A DNA stretch of 43,601 bases from a crenarchaeote SCGC AAA261-N23 (GCA_000375685.1 AQVQ01000002.1:1-43601); one strand, 5' to 3'. Shown: positions 27,240 to 38,195, counted from the first letter of the stretch. Translations and numbers: made by a program. Notes: generated by a model not told the origin, from the sequence alone.

Positions 27240-29032
27240 TAGGGGAACCAAGTAAGTACATTTTAAAATTAATGTGCAATAGTTTGATTCATCGAGGCCC
27301 TGATAGCGAAGGATATTATATTGATGATCAAGTTGACTTAGGCGTTAGGAGATTAAGAATAATTGATTTAAAAACTGGAGACCAGCCTATTCATAACGAA
27401 GATGAAACTGTTTGGGTTGTTTTCAATGGTGAAATTTATAACTTCGTTGAATTAAGAAATGAACTTAAATCAAGACATAAATTTTATACGAATACAGATA
27501 CAGAGATATTAGTTCATTTATGGGAAGAAGAAAAGGAGAAAATGCTAGATAAAATAAGAGGAATGTTCGCTTTTGCAATATATGATTCAAAGGAAAAAAC
27601 TGTTTTCATAGCAAGGGATAGATTTGGAGAGAAACCTTTGTATTATACTTTTGTCAATGATAACTTCATATTTGCTTCTGAACTAAGGGCTATTACCAAT
27701 TGCATTGAAAAACCAGAAATTAATCCTAATGCAATAGCTAGTTACTTGGTTTTCTTTTATAATCATTTAGAAGAGAGCTTCATTAAAAAAGTCTATAGAT
27801 TAAAGCCTGCAAGCTACATTTTATATTCCTTGAAAGATAAAAAAGCTACTTTCAATTCTTATTGGGATTTAAACTTTGAAGGAAATGATGAAATAGATTT
27901 AGATACTGCATTAAAAATTCTCGATACCAACTTAAAAGATACAGTCAAGAATACTTTAATAAGCGATGTTCCTTTAGGAGTTTTGCTAAGCGGAGGTGTT
28001 GATTCAAGCGTTATAGCAAAGGTTGCTTCAGAGTATTCAAAGCTTAAAACAATGCACGTTACAAGTGGTGAAGAAGAAGTTAAATTTGCTGAAGAAGTAG
28101 CGAACTTAATAAAAAGCGATCATAAAACAATACATGTAAAAACAGATTTCATGAGAGACTTCGACTTAATTACTCTTGCAATAGATGAACCTGTAGCAGA
28201 TCCTTCAATCGTTCCAGCGTTTTATATATGTAGAGAAATAAAGAAGGAAGTAACAGTTGCTTTGACAGGCGAAGGAGGAGATGAAATGTTCTGGGGATAT
28301 CCTTGGATAAATATAAACGACATGCTCAAAAAATGGTTTAGCTTACCAAAATTCATTAGAAATATAATTATTTCTTTAGGAAGTAATTTGGGCGAAAATT
28401 TAGCAGGAATTTTTCAGGATTTGAATAGATATGAAAATCTTAGATATTATTCATTGGATAATGCAGGTAAAAGAATGCTGAGACTTTCTCATTTCAGCAA
28501 AGAAGAATTGAAAAGCATAATCAAAAGTAACTTCGAGGATCCTTTTCAAGAATATGAAATAATACTTAAAAAAGGAGATGAGCATAAAAGCGCCGCTTAC
28601 GTTACTATTAAGAAGGTATTGCCAAATGATTTCTTGCATAAGGATGATAGAATTAGCATGAAAAACTCATTAGAGCTAAGAGCACCATTTTTAAATCATG
28701 TTCTGATGCAGAAAGTATTTAGTTTTCAAAATAATATGAAGATAAATCATGGAATGAACAAATATTTGTTAAAAATGTATGCAATTAAATATCTAAAAAT
28801 ACCAAGGCATATAATTTTAAGAAATAAAGTTGGATTTAGCATGTCTTTAAAGAAATATCATAAAGATTTTATAAATAAGATAGATGAATTAAGTTATTTA
28901 TTGAAAGAAATGAACTTAAATTATAATGAAATAAAGAAATATTATAAATATTATCCTTCTTATGAATATACAAATAGATTATTTTCAATCGCTTTACTTT
29001 TAAACTGGTATAAATTATCCTTTGCTAATTAA
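27218..29032 (+). CDS. asnB: Asparagine synthase (glutamine-hydrolysing)-family amidotransferase
   Basis: MCGICGI N-terminal nucleophile and the SGGVDSS PP-loop. 604 aa. Confidence 0.9.
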   Translation: MCGICGIIGEPSKYILKLMCNSLIHRGPDSEGYYIDDQVDLGVRRLRIIDLKTGDQPIHNEDETVWVVFNGEIYNFVELRNELKSRHKFYTNTDTEILVHLWEEEKEKMLDKIRGMFAFAIYDSKEKTVFIARDRFGEKPLYYTFVNDNFIFASELRAITNCIEKPEINPNAIASYLVFFYNHLEESFIKKVYRLKPASYILYSLKDKKATFNSYWDLNFEGNDEIDLDTALKILDTNLKDTVKNTLISDVPLGVLLSGGVDSSVIAKVASEYSKLKTMHVTSGEEEVKFAEEVANLIKSDHKTIHVKTDFMRDFDLITLAIDEPVADPSIVPAFYICREIKKEVTVALTGEGGDEMFWGYPWININDMLKKWFSLPKFIRNIIISLGSNLGENLAGIFQDLNRYENLRYYSLDNAGKRMLRLSHFSKEELKSIIKSNFEDPFQEYEIILKKGDEHKSAAYVTIKKVLPNDFLHKDDRISMKNSLELRAPFLNHVLMQKVFSFQNNMKINHGMNKYLLKMYAIKYLKIPRHIILRNKVGFSMSLKKYHKDFINKIDELSYLLKEMNLNYNEIKKYYKYYPSYEYTNRLFSIALLLNWYKLSFAN

Positions 29033-30215
29033 AGTAGTATTCGTTGGTCAAAGTTTTTCGCAAAAAAGGCAAAGCTATTTATTAAATGAACTAAGCAAGT
29101 ATTTTTTAATTTATGCATTGGTTCCTAATTGGAGTGAAAAGTTAAAATATTTAGGAGTCCCTAAGCAAGTTCTTATAAATGAGAAAGAAGTAAAGTTTAA
29201 CGTAATCTGGCATAAAGTGTTGTTTGTAGACAAACCTTTAATACAATTTATACCTACTGTAATTTTCAGTCTTTACAGAATAAAGCCCAAAGTAATAGTA
29301 CTTAATCTTTACCATTCGTTGATGGGCATATTGGTCGCAATATTTTGCAAAATTACAAAAACACCATTTATAGTAATTTCAGCACTGAACCCTACAATTA
29401 AATATATGAAATTCGAAAGATTTATACTTAAAATTTTATACTTAATCCCAGATTTTGTAGTAGTTCTAACTAATGGTATGAAAATAAAATTAATTGAAGA
29501 ACTAAAGGTTAATGAGAATAAGATCTTTATCATTCCTGAAAGTGGCTACTACGTTAAGGAAAGTATTAAGGAAAATGATAATAATTATGTAACTTTCCTG
29601 TATACAGGAAGACATGTATATGAAAAAGGACTATTCTACCTTATATTTGCCTTTAAGAGGTTAATAGATAAGGGATTCAAAGCAAAGCTAATCTTATGCG
29701 GCGAAGGAATAATAACTAATTATCTAAGAAAATTTTCAGAGAAATTGGGTTTAAACGGATTAATTGACTTTAAAGGTTATGTTGATGAAAAGGAATTACA
29801 AAAATATTTTGAGATAAGCGACATTATAGTTTATCCCTCCATTAAAATAAAAAATTGGGAAGAACAGTTTGGTTATAGCGTTTTAGAAGGAATGAGCAAT
29901 GGTTTAGCTACTATAGTTACTGATTGCGGCTCATTACCTGAGCTGGTAGGCAATGCAGGTATTATAGTTCCTCAAAAAAATGTCGAGAAATTAGCTGAAG
30001 CTATGGAATTTCTTGCAAGAAACAGAGAAAAGCTCAATGAATATAAGAAAATGAGTCTAGAAAGAGCTAAAGAATACTCTTTGAAGAATGTTGAGGAAAA
30101 ATGGAGAAAATTAATAAATTTAGCCTCTAGCAGTAGCTACTATACAGCCAATATTTTTACCTCTTTAAAAAATAAAAATAATGTAAATAATCAAATTACA
30201 ATTCATAATTCTTAA
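29022..30215 (+). CDS. GT4 glycosyltransferase
   Basis: EEQFGYSVLEGMSNGLATIVTDCGSLPELV (E-x7-E). TTG start overlapping asnB. Confidence 0.75.
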   Translation: MLIKVVFVGQSFSQKRQSYLLNELSKYFLIYALVPNWSEKLKYLGVPKQVLINEKEVKFNVIWHKVLFVDKPLIQFIPTVIFSLYRIKPKVIVLNLYHSLMGILVAIFCKITKTPFIVISALNPTIKYMKFERFILKILYLIPDFVVVLTNGMKIKLIEELKVNENKIFIIPESGYYVKESIKENDNNYVTFLYTGRHVYEKGLFYLIFAFKRLIDKGFKAKLILCGEGIITNYLRKFSEKLGLNGLIDFKGYVDEKELQKYFEISDIIVYPSIKIKNWEEQFGYSVLEGMSNGLATIVTDCGSLPELVGNAGIIVPQKNVEKLAEAMEFLARNREKLNEYKKMSLERAKEYSLKNVEEKWRKLINLASSSSYYTANIFTSLKNKNNVNNQITIHNS

Positions 30216-31370
30216 ATGATCATCCTTATAATTAGTCCCGGATTAGTTGAAGTTCCTCCTATTCGAATTATTGGAGGAATACCTGAAATGGACTATCGAA
30301 TAGGTACCCAAATTTCTGCATATTATAAAACTATAATTACTTCACCTTTTTACTACAAATATCAAAAATATAAAAAAGTTAATAAAAATCTTAAAATACT
30401 TTATATATATCATCCTGCCATAAATAGGTCTGCAAAAGTTAATATTTTGCGATTATCCTCAGAAACATTATCAATCTTATTCTTTTATACTTTTCAAGTA
30501 ATAATAAATATTATCAAACTAAAGAAGTATGGATTAAATTTGGTTGTACTTAGTGAAAGATACTCAGGTATTATTCAAATTTTGGTTTGCAAATTACTTA
30601 AAGTTAAAACAATCTTTTCTGAAAGCAATCCATATCCATGGTATTCGCCTTTTTTAAATAAGAAACCGTCTGCGATTAGTTGGGGAGTTAATTTAAGTTT
30701 TGGAAAGTTAGCATGTAAATTAACTGATAAAATTAGGTCACAATCAATATTAATAAAAAGAGGTATGATTAATTACGGAATATCAAAAGACAAAATAGAA
30801 ATAATTCCTGCAGGAGTTGATACGAACATTTTTAGGCCTTATAATTCCAATGAAACAAATTATGTTGTTGGATTCCTTGGAAGATTAACAGAAGAAAAAG
30901 GAGCTAGCCTTTTATATGATATTATGAAAACATGCGAAAAAGAATTGCCTGAAGTTAAATTTATTGTTCTAGGTTCTGGTCCTTATGAAAATATGTTAAA
31001 AAATTTGAAGAACATAGCATTTCAACAGACTGTTCCAAGAAATGTATTGCCAATATTTATTAATAAAGCAAATGTGTTTGTTAGTACATATTATGATTTC
31101 TCATTGTCAGATTTAGAAATCTTATCCTGTGGTAAACCTTTAATAAAAATAAACACGCCTGAAATGAATGAGCTTTTTAAAAACTATGAAGAGATTATTT
31201 TTTGTGATAAAAATGTAAAAGATTTCGTAAATAAAATAAAATTATTGTACGAAAATAAAGATTTGTGTAAAAAAATAGGAGAAAATGCTCGAAAAAAAGT
31301 TGAGAAGGAATTTGATTGGAAAGTTATAGGAGAACAGTGGGTAAGATTAATAAATAGCTTGCTAAAATAA
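30216..31370 (+). CDS. GT4-like glycosyltransferase (divergent)
   Basis: VVGFLGRLTEEKGASLL and FIVLGSGP motifs. The E-x7-E motif is not obvious. Confidence 0.6.
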   Translation: MIILIISPGLVEVPPIRIIGGIPEMDYRIGTQISAYYKTIITSPFYYKYQKYKKVNKNLKILYIYHPAINRSAKVNILRLSSETLSILFFYTFQVIINIIKLKKYGLNLVVLSERYSGIIQILVCKLLKVKTIFSESNPYPWYSPFLNKKPSAISWGVNLSFGKLACKLTDKIRSQSILIKRGMINYGISKDKIEIIPAGVDTNIFRPYNSNETNYVVGFLGRLTEEKGASLLYDIMKTCEKELPEVKFIVLGSGPYENMLKNLKNIAFQQTVPRNVLPIFINKANVFVSTYYDFSLSDLEILSCGKPLIKINTPEMNELFKNYEEIIFCDKNVKDFVNKIKLLYENKDLCKKIGENARKKVEKEFDWKVIGEQWVRLINSLLK

Positions 31371-32506
31371 TGGTAAGAATAACAATTATAACACCTGTTT
31401 TTCCATATCCGAAAAGGGGAGTTTATACAGGAATCGAAAGGCATGTTGAAGGCTTATGCAAAGGTTTTAAAAAATTGGGTCATAAGGTTACAATAATAAC
31501 TACATTTTGGAACGGCGGGACTTCTTATCACAGTTTTAATGATATAGAAATTTATAGATTTAAAGATCTTAGAGCAATCTTAGGAAAACTTGGAAAGCTA
31601 AGTGGAGCATTTGAGCTGGATTTTTTAACTTTTTCTTTAAACGTTACATTGAATAAAAATTTACTGGATACTGATCTCTTATTGATAAATTTGCCATTCC
31701 CGTTTTTGAGTTTAATAGATGGCAATTTTATAAGCATTGGTCTTTTACATCATGCACAGCCTATTGTGAACCTTAAAGATGCTCTCTCAGCACCTTTCGG
31801 AAATATTTATGGGAAATTAACTAAGCCAGACTATTGGGTAGCACCGAGTAAATTCACAGCTGAACAATTCATAAAATTATTCAAAATATCGAAGGAAAAA
31901 ATAAAGATTATTCCAGAAGGTGTAGATTTGGAAAAATTTAACAGAAATATTGATGCTTCAGATATTAATGATAAACTTGGCAATGAAAGAAAAATATTGT
32001 TTGTAGGAAATCTTCATCCAAATAAAGGAGTTCATTTTCTAATAAAATCTTTTGCATTGGTTAAGTCAAAAATTGACGATGTAAAACTTGTAATTGTCGG
32101 TGATGGTTCTTTAAAACATTACTTAATCAATCTAACAAAAAGATTGAATTTAGAAAAAGATGTTATTTTCGCAGGATTTGTTAGCGATGAAGAGCTGCCT
32201 AAATATTATGCTTCTTGCGATATATTCGCTTCAGCAAGCGTTCTTGAAGGCTTTGGATTAATATTCTTAGAAGCAATGGCTTTGGGTAAATCAATTGTAG
32301 CTTTCAATCTAGCAAGTATACCTGAAGTTGTAGGAAATGCAGGAATTCTAATAGATGAAATAAATCATGAAAGATTCGCTAATGCAATTATCGAATTATT
32401 AAAGAATGATGAGCTGTATAAAGAAAAATCCCAAATCGCATTTAACAGAGCTAAACTATTTTCATGGGAAAATATAGCTGAGCAGTTTATTAAAATTATT
32501 AAATAA
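31370..32506 (+). CDS. GT4 glycosyltransferase
   Basis: SVLEGFGLIFLEAMALGKSIVAFNLASIPEVV and ILFVGNLHPNKGV. Confidence 0.8.
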   Translation: MVRITIITPVFPYPKRGVYTGIERHVEGLCKGFKKLGHKVTIITTFWNGGTSYHSFNDIEIYRFKDLRAILGKLGKLSGAFELDFLTFSLNVTLNKNLLDTDLLLINLPFPFLSLIDGNFISIGLLHHAQPIVNLKDALSAPFGNIYGKLTKPDYWVAPSKFTAEQFIKLFKISKEKIKIIPEGVDLEKFNRNIDASDINDKLGNERKILFVGNLHPNKGVHFLIKSFALVKSKIDDVKLVIVGDGSLKHYLINLTKRLNLEKDVIFAGFVSDEELPKYYASCDIFASASVLEGFGLIFLEAMALGKSIVAFNLASIPEVVGNAGILIDEINHERFANAIIELLKNDELYKEKSQIAFNRAKLFSWENIAEQFIKIIK

Positions 32507-32592
32507 AATTTATAAATCAATGATTAATGAATTATAAATTACTCTATTAAAAAATTGATATATTGCCTCTTAAATCTTAACAACAATTAACC

Positions 32593-33719
32593 ATGATTAA
32601 TAAAAATTTACGATTCCTAATCTATTCGCATTTTTACTATCCTAAAATTGGAGGTGTTGAAAGGCATACTGATAACTTAGCAAAACTATTAATAAATAAA
32701 GGATACACTGTTACTATCATAACCCAAATAGGAAATCCGGGTATAGAAATAAAACATAAAATAACAATTGTGAGAAAACCATCAATACCATTATTAAGTT
32801 TCCTTATATTTTATCATGATATAATTCATATACAAGGATTTAATATTTTTGTATATTTGTTTGCTAAATTGTTTAAGAAAAGAATCATTTGGTATCACCA
32901 TACTTATGATTTATGTAGCGTTGGAGGAGGAACATCTATTTATAAAGGATTCTTTAAAACTTTGGAACCACATTTAAGAAGAAGTTTGGTTGGAATACTT
33001 CTTTGGTTAAGCTTTCATATTAGTAGAATGATTGCAAAAATTGATAAAAAATAGCACATATAGTTACAACTTATTACATGTTAACGGGATTTAGAGAATT
33101 TATAAGAAGCTTAAATTGGCATGTAATTTATTATCCTGTTTTATTTGATAATTTAAATCAAATTCCTTTAAACAATTCAAATAATGATGAAAATTACATT
33201 TTACTATACGGAAGAATGATGGCAGGTAAAGGGGAAGATGTGCTGATAAAGGCTTTAAGTATTCTCAAAGATAAAGGTATCATTTACCGAGTAATTATTT
33301 GCGGACCTTCACCTAACAAAGATTACCCTAGTAATTTAATAAAATTTTATGGATTAGAAAATCAAGTAGTTTATGTTGGTCCTCAAACCGGTGAAGAGTT
33401 AGTTAAACTAATAACTAGAAGTTCAATAGTAGTAGTTCCTTCCACATATGAAGAAATGTTTGGCCAAACAGCTATTGAAGCAATGCTATTAGGCAAATCG
33501 GTCATAGCGAGTAATACTGGTGGGCTTGCTGAAGTTGTTAATAACTTTGGCATACTTGTTCCTCCCAATGATCCTTATGCTTTAGCAGAAGCTATTCATG
33601 AGCTTATGAGTAATAAAAATAAAATTGAAACGGTGGGCAAGAAAGCAAAGGAATATGCAAGAAGCGTTTTCGATCCTGAGAATTACATTCAAAAATATCT
33701 AAAGGCTGTTTTAAAATGA
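32593..33719 (+). pseudogene. GT4 glycosyltransferase interrupted by a frameshift in an A6 run
   Basis: ORF 32593..33054 is the GT4 N-domain (YPKIGGVERHTDNLAKLL). ORF 33078..33719 is the C-domain (EEMFGQTAIEAMLLGKSVIASNTGGLAEVV). The downstream frame is open from 33048, and one extra A in 33046-33051 joins them (..AKIDKKIAHIVTTYYMLTG..). Confidence 0.7.
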
Positions 33720-34420
33720 AAACTACTAACCAAGTGAAATAAATAAAGAGGCCTTTGATAGAATATCTCTAGCTGAAGAATGGTATTATAAGCAACAATT
33801 ACCAAGAATAGAAATCTTAATGGAAATTTTTAAAAGTATTGAGAATAAGGAAACTGTAGCAGATATAGGCTGTTTCACTGGAATAATCTCTCAAGAATGC
33901 TTTAAGCTTGGAGCAAAAATTTAGAAGGCTTTGATGTATCAGAAAAAGCTTTGGAAAAAGCAAGTAAAAGATTAACAAGGTATATAAGTGGAAAGCTGGT
34001 GAAGAGGCTTGTCCTGTAGAGAATGAAAGATATGACGTGATAATAGCTTCAGAAATCATAGAACATGTGTTCGACACAGATTTCTTCATTGAAGAATTGA
34101 AAAGGGTACTTAAGCCCAATGGAAGAATAATCATAACAACTCCTAACATGCACTCTGCAACTAATAGATTGCTATTTTTAATGGGGAAATTTCCATGGAC
34201 TTATCCCGGAGTTTCTACAAAATATAACAAAGATCCAAGGATTGATTTAAAACATGTTAGACTTGGCAATTTATCTGAATGGAAGTACTTCTTCGAAATA
34301 CATAGCTTAATAGTTGAAAAGGTTATAGGAATAAACTATTCTTTGTTAGGCAAGCTTATTTCTTTATCAAAAACTTCGCTTTCGCATAATCTAGCTTTTG
34401 TAATTAAAAATTATGAATAA
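33716..34420 (+). pseudogene. Class I SAM methyltransferase (Methyltransf_11/23-like) with three frame breaks
   Basis: The ATG at 33716 sits in an ATGA overlap. Pieces in three frames read MKTTNQVK / EAFDRISLAEEWYY...VADIGCFTGIISQECFKLGAK / LEGFDVSEKALEKAS / KAGEEACPVENERYDVIIASEIIEHVFDTDFFIEELKRVLKPNGRIIITTPN. Each junction is repaired by adding one A (33737-39, 33915-19, about 33966-69). Confidence 0.6.
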
Positions 34421-35535
34421 TGAATACAATGAATCGACCTAAAGTTACAGTAATAATTGTAGCATATAACGCTGAAGGAATGAAAAGTATATTCAAACAA
34501 TGTCTAGATTCTTCTTTAAATTTGAAATATGATAATTATGAAATAGTTGTGGTGAACAATGGTTCTACTGATAAAACAAGAGAAATTTTAGAAGATTATG
34601 AAAAAAACTTAAAAATAATTAATTTGAAGAGAAATCTTGGACTTGCTGGTGCCCGCAATATAGCTTATGAGAAATCAAAATCCGAATTCGTTCTACTCTT
34701 AGATTCAGATGTTATTCCTGAACAAGATTCGCTTACAGAATTAGTTAAAATTAGTATAAATGATAATAAAATTGGAGCCTTAGGGGGTATTCAAGTTGAT
34801 TACAAAAAAAGAAATATTACAGGACTTGGAGGGTTATGCGATATCTGCGGCAATTGGATTGTTCCGAAAGATAAACTAAATGTTAATGAAGTTAAAGAAT
34901 CTTATTATTCTTATATTCCTTCGGCATTCCTTTTAGTAAAAAGGAAAGTAATTGGAAATACGTTGCATCCAAAAGAATTTTTTACTTTTGTAGAAGATGT
35001 TGAACTTTGCTTTAGAATATGGAGTCGAGGATATTATGTGAAATTATATCCTGCTGTTGTTTGCTCGCATGAGTTTAGAACAAGTATAAAAGTTGCTTCA
35101 AAGAGAAATTTATTTTTAAATAGAATGCTTAGTCATTCTTATGCTAAAAATTCTGCTCTACTACAATCCGTGTATAGAAAATTGTTACCAAAAATATATG
35201 CATTAAAATTTTTAGTCTTGATCTTATATCAACCAATTATTGAAATAATTCATTTTCCAAGATATTTATTGCACAAAAATAATTACAATTTTGCAGGTGC
35301 ATACTACCCATCTATAACGATGACTTATTTAAAATATTCGATAAAAGAATTATCAACTATAAATGAATACGGTAATTACATACCTTTATCAGTAAAGTTA
35401 AAAAATTCTAAAAAATTCTTATTTAATCCTTATAAAGTAATACTTAATCCACTAATAAAATTAGATTATGAGAAGATGATAATAAATGATGGAGATATAT
35501 TAAAAGCTTCAATAAAATTTATAATATCAAAATGA
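34420..35535 (+). CDS. GT2 glycosyltransferase
   Basis: VTVIIVAYNAEG, VVVNNGSTDKT and LLLDSDVIP (DxD). Confidence 0.8.
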   Translation: MNTMNRPKVTVIIVAYNAEGMKSIFKQCLDSSLNLKYDNYEIVVVNNGSTDKTREILEDYEKNLKIINLKRNLGLAGARNIAYEKSKSEFVLLLDSDVIPEQDSLTELVKISINDNKIGALGGIQVDYKKRNITGLGGLCDICGNWIVPKDKLNVNEVKESYYSYIPSAFLLVKRKVIGNTLHPKEFFTFVEDVELCFRIWSRGYYVKLYPAVVCSHEFRTSIKVASKRNLFLNRMLSHSYAKNSALLQSVYRKLLPKIYALKFLVLILYQPIIEIIHFPRYLLHKNNYNFAGAYYPSITMTYLKYSIKELSTINEYGNYIPLSVKLKNSKKFLFNPYKVILNPLIKLDYEKMIINDGDILKASIKFIISK

Positions 35536-36253
35536 GGATAAAGAAAATATTAAATTATATATACGTATATAATACTCCTCAATGGATTAAAAATTTATTA
35601 AATTTATTATTACTACCCTTATATATTTCTCTTATAAATAAAAGTAAAAAGTATATAGATGATATTCGTAGCACTGTTAATTTTGTTTTTTCTTTTAATC
35701 TTTTAGATATATTCTTTACTCAGCAAAGTCAATATGAAGTATATAATTTATTACAAGTATTAGTTCAGCAAAGACCGAAAATCCTTCTTGAAATAGGTTC
35801 AGCGAGCGGCGGCACATTGTTCTTATTTTGCCATATAGCAAGCTAAGATGCAACATTAATATCGCTAGATATGGATAATGTTTTATGGAAAAAGTTACTT
35901 TTTAAATATTTTTCACTAGGAAAACAAAAGATTGTAGTTATTAAAGGCGATTCACACGACCCAAAAATATTTAATGATATAAAAAAGATTTTGGGGAACT
36001 GTAAAATTGATTTTTTATTTCATGATGCGGATCATTCATATGAAGGGGAAAAAAGGATTTTGAAATTTATTCACCTTTGGTAAGAAAAGGCGGAATAATC
36101 GCTTTTCACGATATTGTAACAAATAGCGTTATATGTCCTCATGGATGGGATATTAGTAAATTTTGGAATGAAATAAAAAACAGATACAACTACATGGAAA
36201 TAATAGAGAACAAAAATCATATAGCAGGAGGAATTGGAATATTATTTGTATGA
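35532..36253 (+). pseudogene. Class I SAM methyltransferase (CmcI/Methyltransf_24-like), paralog of 39549..40259, with a nonsense codon and a frameshift
   Basis: In-frame TAA at 35844-46, where the paralog has Lys. A frameshift lies in the A6 run 36049-54. The restored reading ILLEIGSASGGTLFLF...IDFLFHDADHSYEGEK(K)DFEIYSPLVRKGGIIAFHDI parallels the intact copy. Confidence 0.7.
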
Positions 36254-36421
36254 ATTTTAAATTTTTCTACTATATCTTTTCAATATTAAGCCCAATTATT
36301 TGAGAATCTATCAAAGTTAAACTCTATCTCAATAAGCCTTAAATAATTAGCCTTGTACGGTTTAGCATAATAATACTCTATAACGTGGGAAATAAGGAGA
36401 GTAATGATATATTAAGTATTT

Positions 36422-37288
36422 TTGAAAATACAAATAATGAATTTTAATTATGATCTAGTAGTTGCGTATCGTGTTTATCCTAAATTCAGTAATGCGTATT
36501 TGAAAATTAGCCATCATTTCAATTTTAAAACTAAATTTGATTTATTTTATGCTTGTCTCTTATCTTTCAAAGAGGCAACAAAAGGGTTAAAGACAAAAAT
36601 ATTTGTTATCTTAGATAAATGCCCAGAAAGTTACATTGAGGCATTCAAGGATGTCTTCAAAGATGTTGATTTTTATTTCATCACTGAAGATTTGAAAGGA
36701 TTAGAAAACGTTGCTAGTTTTTTAATACAAACAAAATTATTATCAGAGCAAAATTTATCCTCTTTAGTTCTCTTTCAAGAAGATGATTATTTTTACATAA
36801 ATAAATTGAATTACGCAATAGATTTTCTTAAATAAATCAAAGAAGCAGATGTTATATCACCTGAATTCCAATTTTCTATAGTAAATACACCTTGGAAAAG
36901 GTATATAAAAGATGCTATAAAATTTAAGAATTTTGAGTGGATTAAGATACCTAGTACTACATTAACCTTCTTGGCTAGAAAAGAATATGTGATCAAGGCT
37001 AAACAATACTTAAAAAATTATTCATTACTAGGTGATTTAGGGATTTCTTTATTAAGTACAAAAAATTTATCTATATTTAGATTCGATTTACCGTATTATC
37101 GATATAGGATAGGGATGTTTTTAAATCTGATTATTAATAAGAAATATAATCTACTAAAAGAGTATGTGTTTAACAAAAAATTTAACTTCTTTATGCCAAA
37201 TCCGTCAATAGCTATTCATTTAAATCCTGTATCAATTAATGATGATCGAATAAGAGCAATAAATGAATTTATTAAAGTAATTTATTAA
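36422..37288 (+). pseudogene. GT-A-like protein (putative glycosyltransferase) with a single in-frame TAA
   Basis: ORFs 36422..36835 and 36971..37288 are in the same frame, and the frame is open throughout except for TAA at 36833-35. The pattern LVVAYRVYP...VILDKCPESY...LFQEDDYFY suggests a GT-A fold. The family is not recognised with certainty. Confidence 0.45.
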
Positions 37289-37355
37289 TTAGGAATATCA
37301 TAAAGTGGCCACAATGCAAATTATACCATATTCATTATTCATATAATATGTTCTT

Positions 37356-38195
37356 ATGAACTCATTAAAAAGGAATAGCGAAATTTACAGACAAGAAAGA
37401 TTGCTCAGACCAGTTATCTGTGCCGTCATCAGAGGAAATGTTAAACCTTTAATTGGATATTTTAGGTATTTGAACTTAGAAAGTAAGCTTAAAGAAAAAG
37501 ATTTTGGAACTTTAAGTTATGTGCTTCATCATTGCGGGTTCAATATTCAAAACCAAATCTTAAGTTATTTGATACAAGAAAAACCTATCGTTATTGAATT
37601 TTATGATAAAAGTAAGTTTTATGTAAGTCATCTTCTAGACTATCTAGTTGCTGGTTTATATAATGAACCAAAAACTTTTAATTTCTTTAAAGAACAAATT
37701 AAAAATTGCAAGGTATTTGTTGATGTTGGGGCAAACATAGGCGGTTATTCGGTAAGAGCTGCTAAATATTGTAAAGTATATGCAATTGAACCTTTGCCTA
37801 GAAATTATGAAATATTGAAGATTAATGAAAAACTGAATAATGTTAAAATAAATAGCTTTAATTTAGCTGCAGGTAAAGAAAGAGGAAAAATAAAATTATA
37901 TTATGAACCAAGGGGTTACGGAACACCTTCAATTAAACGAAAACAAAACTATTTCATAGAAGTAGAAATGAAACCTTTGGATGAAATAATAAATGAAGAA
38001 AGCATAGATTTAATTAAAATAGATGTTGAAGGAGCTGAAGATTTAGTATTAGAGGGAGCAAGGAATTGTTTGAAAAGGACAAAAATGGTAATTATTGAAA
38101 GAAGTGAATCTTTTCCAAAGGCTTATAGAATATTGAAAGAAGAAGGTTTTAAACTCAGAAAATTCTTAGATCATAATGTTCTTTTTACAAAATAA
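37356..38195 (+). CDS. FkbM-family methyltransferase
   Basis: VFVDVGANIGGYSVRAA, VYAIEPLPRNYEIL and IDLIKIDVEGAEDLVLEGA. Confidence 0.8.
   Translation: MNSLKRNSEIYRQERLLRPVICAVIRGNVKPLIGYFRYLNLESKLKEKDFGTLSYVLHHCGFNIQNQILSYLIQEKPIVIEFYDKSKFYVSHLLDYLVAGLYNEPKTFNFFKEQIKNCKVFVDVGANIGGYSVRAAKYCKVYAIEPLPRNYEILKINEKLNNVKINSFNLAAGKERGKIKLYYEPRGYGTPSIKRKQNYFIEVEMKPLDEIINEESIDLIKIDVEGAEDLVLEGARNCLKRTKMVIIERSESFPKAYRILKEEGFKLRKFLDHNVLFTK

Noticed and set aside
33046-33052. AAAAAAT as a canonical -1 programmed frameshift heptamer (X-XXY-YYZ).
   Set aside because: In the zero frame the codons are AAA-AAA-TAG, so the heptamer is out of phase for tandem slippage. Only single-tRNA or transcriptional slippage remains possible, and that is reported at low confidence.
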